Shown piece by piece: positions 52,201-64,000 of a stretch of 64,000 nt of DNA. The DNA is from Gnetum montanum (taxonomy: Eukaryota > Plantae > Gnetophyta), in assembly GCA_015680685.1 (NCBI GenBank), contig MNCI01002986.1:6730-70729 (forward strand), given 5' to 3'. How positions within the stretch are numbered: position 1 is the first letter of the stretch; each line of letters starts with the position of its first letter. A program made the position numbers and the translations under genes. A model generated the notes under the pieces. It ran no database searches. It worked only from the letters and a program-made list of their open reading frames with translations, and was not told the origin of the DNA.

Positions 52201-52760
52201 TGAGTGGGTTGGATAGACACCATGGATGCTGATGAGACAAGTGGGATGTAGGATGCCTAAATCATTTGAGGTTGGGAGGTGGCCTCTACATGAGCATAGG
52301 GTTGGGAAAATGTAGTAGTTGCTTGCAAGGAAGGCTAAATTAGTATGGTCACCATCTTGGAGAGGATGGGTGGATTGAACTAAGGAGGGACTGTACTAGG
52401 GAGCAATAGTTGGAAGATGGTGTAGAGGGGGCTCTCACATTCGGAGTGGGCCTTGAACTCATCTTCTTCCTCCTATGGGGCTTCCTCATAGGTTGTTCTT
52501 GCATCATGCTCGTTTGCATAGATGAGTTGGGACAATAGTTGGTGGTAGGACTCCATGAGTGGGATTATGTCAAACAAGAAGAGATTGTACTCCCGTCCAT
52601 CTTGGTGGACACATTTGTAGTCCTGTTTTACCTCCAATTTAAGGTAATTGATTGGTAATCCTACTTAGATTTTAGCACAAAACAAATTGTATTGTTCATG
52701 GCTTAGCACAAGATGCTTTGGGTGGATCATGGTATCAAATGTGTTAGACACCGACATGGA
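49300..52760 (-). pseudogene. Decayed gag-protease of element F
   Basis: ORF 49646..49915 (VNVDD..FNLILGRPWL) is Tat/Ogre protease-like. gag remnants (FPMSLTSRALN, QLTKYNGKRD, FEHKDRSKYTPLP) are colinear with G. Confidence 0.8.
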
Positions 52761-52765
52761 AGGTT

Positions 52766-54770
52766 TGAAACACCATCAGTTTTGGGACTCATGATTTAGC
52801 ACAGTCCCAAAATTTGATCTCTGCAAGCGTGGTGTCACATGAGACCACACAGACAACATGGCACCCTTGAAGTCCTAATGTCTATAGAGCCAATTTCGAG
52901 CCTACCTACCACCCTTTGCAACATAGTCAACGCAACACCCAGTCATGAAGCCAGTTTGCAGAAAAGAGGTACTAAAAGTGGACCATGCAGTTTGACAAAT
53001 TTTTTATCTCTGAGGCCATCAAGCTCGCTACGCTCTCTAGCTAGCCTAGCTTGACAAATGTCCTGGCTGGTGGTCCACCCAAGTGCCAAGCTCGGAGTTG
53101 TCGAAGGTGTTTAGGATGGACTAAATAGTTCAAAAAATTTTCTAACTATGAGGCCTGCTACACTACACTACGCTGCACAGTGTAGTAGGCCATGTGATGT
53201 CAAAACTGGTGCAAGTGCTAGACCATACGCAGAAGATGTAGTTGGCAGATATTTGGTATTCAAAGATGCTAGCCCCACTTCATCCTTGAAGTTTGACGTA
53301 GAAAATCAAAGTGAATCTCATCAAAAATCACCTCGATCTAAGTGCTACACTGTGCTATGCTACATAGCATAGCAGGGCATGACAATCTTTTCTCAAATTG
53401 TCTTGGCGTGGGAAGAAAAATTGCCCATGCTTCACCCATGAAAAATTCTTATTTTACTACCACCTTAGCATATGATCAAGATCCCATGATAGAGCACTTG
53501 CAAAGTAAGTCCAAATTCGAGTAAAATTGGAAGCTACGCTACACAACATAGCATGGAGTAGTAGGGCAATAATGTAGGAAGATCCTCCATTAGGTTGTTC
53601 TAGCAAAAGAATTGCACTTGGCCATGCGTAGACGTCCAAGACTTCTTGTCCTACTTTGCCCTCAGGTCCCAATCAAAGTCTCTTCCCCTCAGGTCATTTT
53701 TGCTCTAGTATCTCCTCAATAGAGAAGATTAGCAGTTTGCTTTGTTTTTGCACTTCCTGTAATTCCTAAGGTTGTCCCTACACTTGAACTTACTCGTAAG
53801 AGGAGGGAAGACGTAGTCCTGGAGCATAGGCTCCACTTTGCATTTTATGTGAGCATTTTCTTTGTAAAAACATGGCAGTCCCTTGGGTACATGCAGTCTG
53901 AACGAGATAGTCAAAGCTCAATAGGTTTCACTTTTAGCCTTGTTTCATTCAGCGTAGCACATTAGTGTAGCATCACACGTTTGTGTAGCACATCCACAAT
54001 TTGGGCCATGTGGGACCCAGGACATGTGGTGTCTAAACCACGTCTCTCTTCCACTCTTGGCTCTATAAATACCCCAGTGAAAAAAATTCTAGAGGTGGAC
54101 TTTTGAAGGGTTGGCTTTTTGCGGTTGGCTTCTAGAGATTGGCTTTTGGCAGTTGGCCTTGGGCAGTAAGCATTGGCAAAGAGATTGGCAAACATAAAGT
54201 TGATAAATAGAAAATCTTAGCAATAGAACTTCTTGGATCTGTCCTCAACCTAGCATAGCAGCTCTTAGCCCAGTAAGCATCGGCTCATTGGTTCCTGTTA
54301 GCACCCCATTGGCAACAATCCAGGAGCTGTGACCATATCGTTTCGTTACCACCTGTGCTTGTCCAGTATTGCATGCCAGTTGTACATATTCATTAGCCAA
54401 ACAAAGATCAGATACCCCAATCTTGGGATGGTGTATTCCCTCACCTAAACTCTCATTCCATTCTTGCTATTACATCTATGTTGCACCTTTGTGTACTTGT
54501 TCATGCTTATTGATACAGATATATACTTTGATGTGTTTCTATTGTTGTGCACCCCACATTTTCTTTCAATTCAACCTTAGCATGTCATGTTTTAAAAATC
54601 ATTATTTGCATACGGTTATTGTACACCACGTAAGTCCCTGACTAATTGACCAGATAGTTCCAGGCATCCCATTTCTATTTTCTCTAGCATGGCCCTTGCA
54701 TGGATTCGAGGTTACGCTGTATGCCTAATAACTTCTCGGTGTTCCAGCCATTGACGTTTTTGGTCCTAGA
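52766..54770 (+). repeat. 5' LTR of element G (~2.0 kb; 3' boundary 54756-54770 ambiguous)
   Basis: Last ~130 nt align with the reverse complement of 45585-45715 (..GGCCCT.GCA..GGTTA.GCTGT..CAGCCA.T.A.GTTTT). Confidence 0.78.
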
Positions 54771-54789
54771 AGGAGGGTTTGAACCTCTG
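54761..54789 (+). promoter_or_regulatory. Primer-binding site complementary to tRNA-Asn
   Basis: TGGTCCTAGAAGGAGGGTTTGAACCTCTG versus the recalled complement of the plant tRNA-Asn(GUU) 3' end, TGGCGCTAGAAGGAGGGGTCGAACCTCCG. Confidence 0.75.
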
Positions 54790-55299
54790 TCTCTCTTCCA
54801 TGTGTCACGGGTAATTCTTCATGCTGTTTGTACCCCCTCACCAATAGCCTGCTAGTGTAGACATGACACCCTTGTGGTTGTCTATGCACTAGTGGTGTAT
54901 ATTGGTCACCACGACGGTTCCTCTGGAACCCTGTAGGATGAAAGCCTTAAATTGTTTACTATGTTAGGCTACTTGTCTACTATGTTATGCTACCTGTGTT
55001 CTATGTAGTGTAGCAACCATGTCAATGTAGTGGTTCCTACATTGTCCACTATGTTACGCTACCTATCCACTGCGTTACGCTGCCTGTGTTCTATGTAATG
55101 TAGCGACCCTATCGATGTAGCAGTTTCTAAACTGTCTATTGCATTACGCTGTCTATCTACTACATTACGCTGCTTGTGTCCTATGTAGCATAGCGAAGAA
55201 AACTAGCTTTTCAGCATTTTTAGATGCCCCCAGTTTTAGTCTATATTCTCTATAGCTTTAGACCTTAATCGTTTAACGTAAAACATACTTTTTTCATAT

Positions 55300-58200
55300 T
55301 GGAAAAATGAATCCTATTACCACTTCAGTTCCTACCGTGAGTGTGGAGGTCTCTCACTTTGTTCCACACATGGTGGATCCCAAGCGACCGCCTAGCCCAA
55401 TGCGAGTATAGTGACAGTCTCTTAGATTGTAGCATCAATCACCCGAACATCTACCTCAAGAAGCAGAGCGATATAACTTTTATGTGCCAAGATCCAAGTA
55501 AATCTACAATTGGATCATCATGAATTTGAGGAAAAATGTAACTTTGAAATCATTCATTGGAACAAAAGAGAATTCATTCCTACTTTTGATATTACTATTC
55601 CACTCATGGAAACATACCAATGGCTTTTAAGCCAACGTTTGCAATTGAGCAAATCAAGAGAATGAGACACAACATCTCACTACAATGAACCCTTTCATGA
55701 TGGCCAAGAGGAGTTAGACTCCCATTCTAAAGGTGGTGGCCCAAACTATGCTATGACTGTCCCTTCCACGTCAGTTGTTCATTCACAACAATCGTAATTT
55801 TTTGCCTTTTTTGCTACTTCCATGACACTACTACAACCCAGACCATTTTTGGTGACAGGTAGTCATCAAATGTTGTCAACATATTAGCATGCAGGCCCTT
55901 CAACCTCATTTCCCATTAATTATCCTTCCTAGTTTGTCCAAGCCTTGCACCCAACGTCTGTGATGCCCATATGTGCATACCATGCCCACATCACAACTAC
56001 ATGTAGGTTTTGTTTCTGTCCCCTCATCTATACCCGTTCCACCATCAGTAGCAGGCCCACCCTCAATCACATGGTGGACAGCAACGACCTCTTTTCCTAT
56101 GGCTCAAATGTCTCACATGTCACAATACGCATAGCCCCAAACATACCAAGTTTCACATGTAACACAATCAAACACAGGGTTGTGGGTTGCCCCAACCATT
56201 GGGCAGGTAACCACCTCCATAGTGCCACCTATTCCAACTACTCTAGTGGCACCACCCACTGGGTTGTGGGCTGCTCAAACAATGCCACTAGAAGGAGCTA
56301 TTCTAATAGCATCCATAATGGGACTGGTAGCCGCACCAATAGCACCACCAGTGATGGATGCTCTAGTAGCTTCACAACCCCTTGTAACACCCCTGGGTTT
56401 GGACCAAGCCTTTTAGCTCATCCAGACCCTCCTTGAAGAAATTAAACAGCTCAAAGTCATTGGTTCTAAAACCGTTCAAGTCATGGACTTCTACCAAGAT
56501 GACCTAATCAATTCAGCTGTCCCTATGCTTATGTTGCCCCCTAGGGTACAACTTCCCTAGTTTACAAAATACAATGGGAAAGGTGATCTGAATGCCCACC
56601 TGGTCACTTTTAGGTCTGAATCCCTGTTACTACAACCGTGGCCCCATACCATCATTCGTGTTTTAGCCATGTCCCTGATAAGCAAGGCCTTAGAATGGTA
56701 TCGCACGGTTCCCTGTGCTTCTATCTCAACATTAGAAGAATTGCTAAGCCAGTTCGTTACTCATTTTAAGTATAACTTGAAACTGGAAGTCACTCTAGAT
56801 CAGCTCATGAACGTTAAACAAGAACCACTAGAATTTATACAAAAATTCATACAACATTGGAGTGCTACCCTAAATGAAATACGTGAACCAATTGCTAAGG
56901 CCCATTTGTTGGCTATTTTCAAAGGAGCAAGAAAAGATTTTATCAAGTGCAAACTATATTATTTGGCTTTGCGTTTCCTTAGCCAAGTGTTCGCTTAAAC
57001 TAAAAGCGTTCAGGATGTGACGGAGGCTAGTAGAGATCCAGCCTACGTAGCCTATAAAAACACACATACAAAGAAAGACAAGGAGAAAGGGAAGGCCATA
57101 GCAACCATGATGGCCGCTGTGGCTAATGAGACCAAGTCCAACAATAGTAAAAAGACTACCACAATACCTAAAGCCTCCTCTAATACAATACCCGGCTCCA
57201 GCAGCACTAGTTAGTCCTTGGCATCAATACCAACAGTGCAAACTCTGCCAAGGACAAATTTTGAGCACAAGGACCACTCAAAATATACCCCGTTACCAAT
57301 TAAGCCTTCAGAGATTTTGAGTCAATTGCTAGGAGCTGGATGTATCCAACATAAATGGATGTCAGAGGAGGCCCTTAAGCATCACCAAAGGTACTATGAA
57401 CTCCATCGATACCCCTCCTTGGCTATGCCTAATGAACCGCTAGTACCGAGGAACTTCAGGCTAGAGTGTTTTTACAATTATCATCAATTATGTGGGCATG
57501 ATACAAATTATTTCCTGGCATTGAAAGATGATATCCAATGAATGATTGATTAGGGTAAGTTGGTCCTAGATGAGAGTAGTCTTGCCCGACCTGAAAACCA
57601 ATCCATGAATGTTTACAAAGATCCTTTGAACGCCAACAATGTAGGTTATACTATCAATGCCATTGGCATTGATGATAACACAGAATCATAACATGAATCA
57701 TTCGTGGTTCATGTACCCCTCGTGATGTTGAAGCTTCAACAACCACTAGGTTGCAAATCCCCTTTGTCATTAGGGCCTCTCCACAGACATCTGTTGCACT
57801 GTTTGTACTTAAAATTGCATTGTGTCCCACTACAACAATGCAAGCACCGTTTGTTATCAGGATGCTAAAGCATGCGAGTTCCCCTAATACCCAAAGTTGA
57901 GTGATGAGCACTGCATCTCAGCCTTCTCATCTAAGGAAATGTGAAGAATGTCTAGTAGATAAGTTGGCTAGAGAACACACTACGTTGGGCACCGCTAAGC
58001 CCACCCCCTTGTCTGCAATTCCCATGACCTCTTCATCATCAACCACTGATGGCAACACACACATGCAACTGTCATCCTCTAATTTGAAAAAGCTTATTGC
58101 CCAACCCAAAGTCACTCCCCCTCAGAAGATTCAACTTCTAGGGCGCTTGGAAGAAGAAAAACTTAGCAAACAACCAGATAGTGGGAAAAACTTCCTAAAT

Positions 58201-59101
58201 GCACTCGCACAAGTTAAACAAGCCTTAGAAAAAAAGAACACAACATTAATCTTGTACGACTTAATAATGACCTCTACGACACATCATGAGGCTTTGGTTC
58301 GCTTGTTAGCATCTGTTTCTATTAGTGAAAACATGCCCACTGAAGAGAAAGCTATCCATGCTGTTTGCTTCCCTCTGTGGCTGAAGAACCATAGCCAACC
58401 CGTTTAACATTTCATGACAAAGCCATCAAAGATGACCCAGAAAAGGGTCAAGTGAGTACTACCCCAATGTTTATCATAATTCAGGTAGGTCAGTATAAAA
58501 TTCATAGAGTACACGTCGATGACGGGGTGCCACCAATGTGATACCATTCCTCATAGTGGACAAATTGGGCCTAGTGGATCAAATCAAGCCCACAACAACC
58601 TCATGCTTAAAGTCATTCAATGGGGCATTTGTCGTGGTCAAGGGGATTGTTACCATCAACTTCATAGCAGGGGACTAGTTTCCCACTAGCATAGTATTTA
58701 TTGTGGTAGAGGAGATGCCCATGTTTAACCTAATCTTGAGGAGATCATGGTTAGCCCAACTAAGAGCTGTCTCTTCACCCATACACCAAGAGATCCACTT
58801 ACCCTATGTGGATAGAGAGGTGGTGATCTTTGGTGATGAAGTAGCTCCCCGAGCCATAAACAATATAGACGTGGAGTAAGGATCAAAGATAGAAATCTTT
58901 GAAAATGAATCACTCATTCATGCTGAAACTCCATGTTTGATAAATGAGCCATCCAACACTGTTAACTTAAATGAAGAAGCCGTGTGGGTCAAATTACTCT
59001 TCCAAACAATAGATGATAGCATAGAGGAATGCCACCACAAGGCTTTTAGACCATATGACCCACCTAATCCACATTAGATTAGGAAACAATTGCATGACTA
59101 A
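55300..59101 (+). pseudogene. Decayed gag-protease of element G
   Basis: ORF 56669..56998 (KALEWYRTV..SISTLEEL..QFVTHF) is gag-like. CFYNYHQLCGHDT..LKDDIQ Tat/Ogre-type knuckle. Protease RVHVDDG and FNLILRRSWL at ~58510-58750. Confidence 0.82.
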
Positions 59102-59212
59102 AGTTTACCTTCACTTTACTTCAATAAATTTTATACTTTCATTTGCGTAATTTCCATTTCACATTAAGTTTTCTATTTGCATTGTCTTTTCCATTGGCAT
59201 TAGTTAAAGTGA

Positions 59213-59487
59213 TTATGGCTCAGAATGACCTTAAACTATTGCTACGGCCTGCTAAGACCTAAAACTGGCAACCCCACTCTTGAAAATTACATTACGTTCA
59301 ACCCAGAATGACCTTAAACTACTGCCATGGCCCGCTAAGGTCTAAAACTAGCAACATCACTTTCGAAAAAACACCTTACACACGGCCTGAAATGGCCTTA
59401 AACTAGTAATGACCCAAAATTGCCTAAAACTAGCGATGGCTCAAAATGGCCTTAAACTAGTGATGGCCCGAAATTGCCTTAAACTAA
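59213..59487 (+). repeat. Tandem array (AATGGCCTTAAACTAG.GATGGCCC units) downstream of G protease
   Basis: About eight 25-30 bp units, reverse-complement related to the F array at 48920-49110. Confidence 0.8.
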
Positions 59488-59635
59488 AGCAAGGGGCCCA
59501 AGCACATTAATAAACACATTAACCAAAAGGAATAAAATAAGAGTCTTACTTTTTATTAAATATAAGTCCATACTCAGAATACATAACAACAAGCATTTCA
59601 TTTCAGAGAAAAAAAGAAAAAAATTTACCAATGGG

Positions 59636-62600
59636 CTATGAGTCTCTGCTGGTATCTTTATTCCCCGTCCCACTAGGTCCTACATCTTCATTTGGGTCCT
59701 ACATAAAGCAAGAATAAAATAATGAGTGAAATTATGATCACATATCATAAAATAAACTACAATGTAATAAGGCTTGGATAACCTGAGATAGGCCTGCATC
59801 CATCTGTAAAGGTATTCTATCCATGCCAACTGCTAAGTGTCGAAGTATTTCATCCTCCCTTAAGTTCACCCAATCTTCTTCCCCCAAGTCAATGCTTGTT
59901 GTAATCTTCCCCTTCTCCATAGCCATCCAAGTGGGTGGCCTTGGAGAAAAGGTGGCAGTAGTGGTCTCCTTGAAAGGCAAGGTCATTTCTCTCTTGGGAG
60001 ACTCACGGACTACCACCTATTTTCCAAATTTATCAAAGGCCTTAGTAGCACCAATTACATGAAGAAATAGCTTATGAGTATGCAATTCAACAGAAGCATC
60101 TTGATATTTCTGATGGTAGATAGCACATTCCACCTTGTACATGTGTTTATGATTTTTCTATGCTTGCCCACATTCATAAACCTTGACACTGTAATTTTCC
60201 AGTCCTAGTTTTTCTGGGCTAGTAGATTCATTTGTAAGCATTGTTCAATTATTTCACGGGTAGCCTCATTCTTGCCATGTACAGCCGACCAATATCTTGC
60301 ATAATCAATTACAGCTGTATGCCAACTACCATCAGAAGTGTCGCAGGCCATCAAGAATTCATTTTGTGATCGTAAATCCTCCAACGCAACCGCTTGACTA
60401 GCTTTCTCCTTTTCCAGCTTTTGGACCCGCTTCCAGAGGTCTTCGTTGATGTGCCTACACTCCCATAGGGATCATCTTGAGTATAGTGTGCATTTACTTG
60501 CCTCCTCATCTACATCATGAGGCACCTTAGTTACCTTTGGGGGGGAGCTTAGGCACATCGTGAACTTCGACTGCCTATCTTTGGTCCCACTTCAATCGAG
60601 AAGCTGTTATAGCCAACATGAGGAAGCGTTAGTCATGAAATGATGAAAAAAATATAACAACACAGAGTGCAAATGTCATAGTGCAAACAGACCTATCTCG
60701 AGATCAATTTTCCTTAAATGGTCGATCTTGTCATCAACTACTCTCTCCATAAAGGAAAACTTAGTAGGGGTCTCAGTCCATGGTTGGAGGTGAAATAAAG
60801 AAGGAGAATCGAGAGCCTTAGTGGTAGTGTCTGTTGTGCAACAAAGCATGTTAGCATGATGAAGAAGAGGAAAAAAAATCTAAAAAGTAACATAAACGAG
60901 AATGCAAAGCTCCTACCTAGCAAACCCTTAGGAGTGAGAGTAAGGGTATTGTCCATCGGCACACTGTCAAGAAAACGGTCAAGCTCACCAGCATCAAATT
61001 GTAGCCCTTCCCCCTTAAGCTGACTTAACAGTGTAGCAACATCTTCAACCATCATGTGCCCCTTAGGTGCTAGGGAACACTCTGCGAAAGGTTCATTTGC
61101 AATAGGAGCCTCTTCCTCTGCGGTAGGGGCCTCCTCCTCTGTAGCCGAGGCCTCTTCTTCTTCTATAGTAGGGGCTCCTACCTTAAGGGCCAAAGCTTCT
61201 TCTTCATCATCTATTAAACGCATCTAAAGTGAGCATGCTAGTCTAACACAAAAAGAGTAAAAATAAAAAATAAAAGGTTGGGGGGGGGGGGGGGGGGNAA
61301 CAAGACAATTAAATCATACTCACCAACAAATGCGGGCTGCACTTTACGAACCTTGATTCGCAATCTTTTGCCTCTTTCTTCACTGGTACATGGAGGCTGT
61401 TCAATGGGACGAGATTTCTTAGGTTGCAATTTTGATTTTAATGTTTCAGTAATAAGGCATGCCCCCATTACCACATTGCCTGTGTTAGTGGGAGGCACTT
61501 GTCCAATGCTATCTTGTGCATAAAAGGGCCATCCCACCTGATCCTTCATTGTTATCGAAAGAGACTCCTCAATAGCTTATGGGGGATCTTGGGATTGAGT
61601 GGTGCAGAACACTTGGCAGATCCATGATTTGGATATCTAGGTGCGATCCTAGAAAACCCAGATGCCATTCTCTTGGACCACGAAGAATTCAACAAATTGT
61701 CGTAGGCAAGCAATAAAAAAGGCGAAATGCACATTAAAGCATGCATCAAGCTTCTCACAAAGCTTAACCATTTTAGCCTACAAGACAGGGTAAACCAAGC
61801 TTGCTATACCAAAGAATTTTCCCTTGAGAGAGTAACTTGGGGAAAGCACGAGCCCGGAAGATAGGGTAAACCTTATGGGCTACCTCTAGCTTGACCTTTT
61901 GCATGTAAATCCCCTTGCTATCTTTGTTGGTTCCCAACCATTCTTCTATGTCCCCTCAATGGTTTACATCTTTACTAGTCTTCTCCCCTATATGTAAGCC
62001 ATTAGAAGGGACACCAAAGAGATTTGTGAAAAGGCTATCGATGATCTCAAACATCACTCGCACATTATGCTCCCGCGTGCGAAAGAGGTTAGTCCTTTTC
62101 ATAAAAGAATCAACAAGGGTGAGCATCTTTATAGCCAGAATGCTTGGATTTATTGCTAAGAATAGGTCCATAAGCCCAACCTCCTAGAAATTCTGAACAA
62201 GGGTGGCTGGGGCCCCATTGCATAACCAACATTGGGTCTTGTCAACTTCACTACATTTAAAGAAGAGGTTAGTTTCGTCACGTCCTAACGAGATTACCGT
62301 AACCTCTGTAGACTCGGCCATTATTGCAATAATCAACAACAAAACTAACAAAAGGTAAAAACAAAATCAATCACTTGAACACATGAATACAAGTGCATAA
62401 TTTAACCCACCAGGTGTGAATGGCATAGGGAATGGTGGGATTTCCACCAGGACTTCTTCCATAGTGGGCGCATGATGGGACGCCCATTCGCCATCCAACC
62501 ATTCAAGTTCTTTGCATTTCAAGTAGAACTTAGCATACTTGGTTGGATAGGTCCTAAATTTAGTCCCAAGTTGTTCTATAATGCCGGCGTGCACATTCTT

Positions 62601-62959
62601 GGCAGAAGAGAACTCTTGTAAGGTTGTTTGGGCCAATGCCAATGCCTGCTCTTGATCATGAAGCCCATCTTTGTCAATTACAAACTTGGCAATATATAGA
62701 GCACAAGAAACATTTCAACTATGTAAGACAAACGATGTAGCATGCCTATGTATCTTCATAGGACTCACTTGCTGGCACAGTAGATGATCCTAGGTGGATT
62801 CTGGAAGAAAGTAGCCATGTGATAAGCAACAAACAAGGTGTTGTACTTATGGTAACACTTAAATTCAGGCATAGCACAAACCCAAGACAAGCATCTCAAA
62901 CATTTTAGGCACTGATTTGAGCTCCCGGCCCCTTCTCCTTCAATAGATTCATTGGCCAT
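59636..62959 (-). pseudogene. Multi-exon accessory gene antisense to element G (PMD-like segment, acidic linker, coiled-coil C-terminus), decayed
   Basis: Minus-strand ORF pieces from ATG 62959 to TAG 59636, separated by GT-AG introns 61323-61224, 60916-60831, 60692-60604 and 59782-59699. LVDSFMKRTNLFRT..VRVMFE..LFGVPSNG resembles the plant mobile domain core. Confidence 0.7.
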
Positions 62960-63389
62960 AAACTTTAAAATGCCTCAGTTTGCCCTAGGCAATAATGTTT
63001 CAACCAAAACACCAGCAGTCTCTTCCGACAAGTGTGACCATACCATCACACTGAAGTGGTGAAGGAGGAACTCTAGGAATTCCTACATGCCTTCTTGAAA
63101 CCAGACTACCTAGTCCCTTACTCGCACATGAGGAGGGGGGACGTTGGCCACAGGGGCACTTAGGTAGCATATAACCCCTACTAGGTCAATCACAATCAAG
63201 ATGGGTTTTAACATGACCTTGCATAGTGTAGCACAAAGCATTAGTTGACAGTATTCAAGTGAGAGTTAGTGTGTAGCGTAGCGCATCCTTGTATGCAAAT
63301 TTTCCTAATTATGAAACTGTACACCCTTGATACAGTGAGACAAACCCAAATTTTTGTTAAGTATCAGTTCTAGTTTCATGACTTATCTC

Positions 63390-63660
63390 ATATAGCATAG
63401 TGCCCGTGTTACATGCAACGTAGTAGCATAGTGCGTGACATAGCGTAGTGGGTACACCTCGCTTAGTATAGTGGTAGCATCATGTGCAACGTAGCAACAC
63501 AACGGGTACACTCCTCATAGCATGACAAGCATAGCAACATAGCAGGTATGGTAGCGTAGCAGCGTAATAGGTATAACAATGTAGTAGGTATAACAATGTA
63601 GCAGCGTAGCAAGTATGGTAGCGTAGTAGCATGAAAGCATGGCATAATAGGTATCGAAAA
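63390..63660. repeat. Low-complexity TAGCA/GTAGC repeats in the 3' region of G
   Basis: Dense GTAGCA/TAGCAT/GTAGCG units including the tandem GTAGGTATAACAATGTA. Mirrors the TACGCT repeats at 54955-55195. Confidence 0.7.
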
Positions 63661-64000
63661 TGCAACACAGCCTATCATTCATGTTGACAAAAGTAACATA
63701 GCTTGAAAAGGAACACACAATGTTTTCATAACCACCAGCCCTATCCTCCAGCATGGAATTTAACAAAAGTAAACCAAAACATCCTCCACGCATGCTACGC
63801 TACCCAAGACATGTGTTATGCTATCTAGAATGTGTGCTACGCTGCTCAAAACCTCCCAAACCCTTGAAATGGTGCATCTCCCACTCCCAACAATAGTGGC
63901 TGGGCTAGCATCGCATACCAACCATAGCATAGCAATCACCATGGTAGTTGCGGCCAAAGTGGCAATAACCACAGTGTAGAGGTTAAAGCGATGGCTAAGG

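Larger units (their letters stand above)
45585..52765 (-). mobile_element. Element F: Tat/Ogre-like Ty3/Gypsy element, gag-protease only, 5' part displaced by element G
   Basis: 3' LTR 45585-47384 (TGAAACACC...TCGCTACA on minus). PPT AAAGAGGGGCCAT at 47385-47397. Tandem arrays 48500-49110. Protease and gag remnants. No RT/INT between protease and PPT. Confidence 0.82.
52766..64000 (+). mobile_element. Element G: Tat/Ogre-like element inserted in F in opposite orientation (5' LTR, gag-protease, tandem array, antisense multi-exon gene); 3' end beyond the window
   Basis: LTR starts TGAAACACCATCAGTTTTGGGACTC (52766), matching the F LTR start. TATAAATACCC at 54064. LTR 3' end aligns with the F LTR end. 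tRNA-Asn-type PBS. Confidence 0.82.

Noticed and set aside
54903-54918. Alternative tRNA-Arg-like PBS TGGTCACCACGACGG
   Set aside because: Lies ~130 nt past the LTR end defined by alignment to F, and the Asn match at 54761 is longer and correctly placed.
61279-61298. Poly-G run with an N as a G-quadruplex element
   Set aside because: Homopolymer inside a predicted intron, next to an ambiguous base, so its length is unreliable.

Overview
Plant nuclear DNA (no prokaryotic features). One intact host gene, a DREB A-6/ERF group I AP2 transcription factor of the ERF053/ERF054 type (17519-18793, minus), sits in a CpG/CHG-retaining island. It is flanked by heavily C>T/G>A-decayed Ty3/Gypsy LTR retrotransposons. 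Left (1-12.6 kb): a nested stack of Athila-like elements with a tRNA-Asp PBS, including a complete but pol-less element A (318-9508, TSD CATAC) that carries gag plus a ~933-codon accessory ORF with its own candidate internal promoter. A decayed mitochondrial 18S rRNA insertion (NUMT) lies at 14.7-15.5 kb. Right: a solo LTR (TSD AGTAG); a complete Athila-like gag-pol element D (29776-39849, TSD GTACA) that lacks the accessory ORF; and a second nest (Athila-like E, interrupted by Tat/Ogre-like F, interrupted by Tat/Ogre-like G). F and the visible part of G show gag-protease but no RT/RNaseH/integrase. G carries a decayed multi-exon gene antisense to the element, with short spliceosomal introns and a PMD-like segment. 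The most interesting observations are that gene, the complementary A/D pair, G's unusual tRNA-Asn PBS overlapping the LTR end, and DRE/ABRE islands around the DREB gene. All alignments were done by eye and coordinates of decayed ORFs are approximate.
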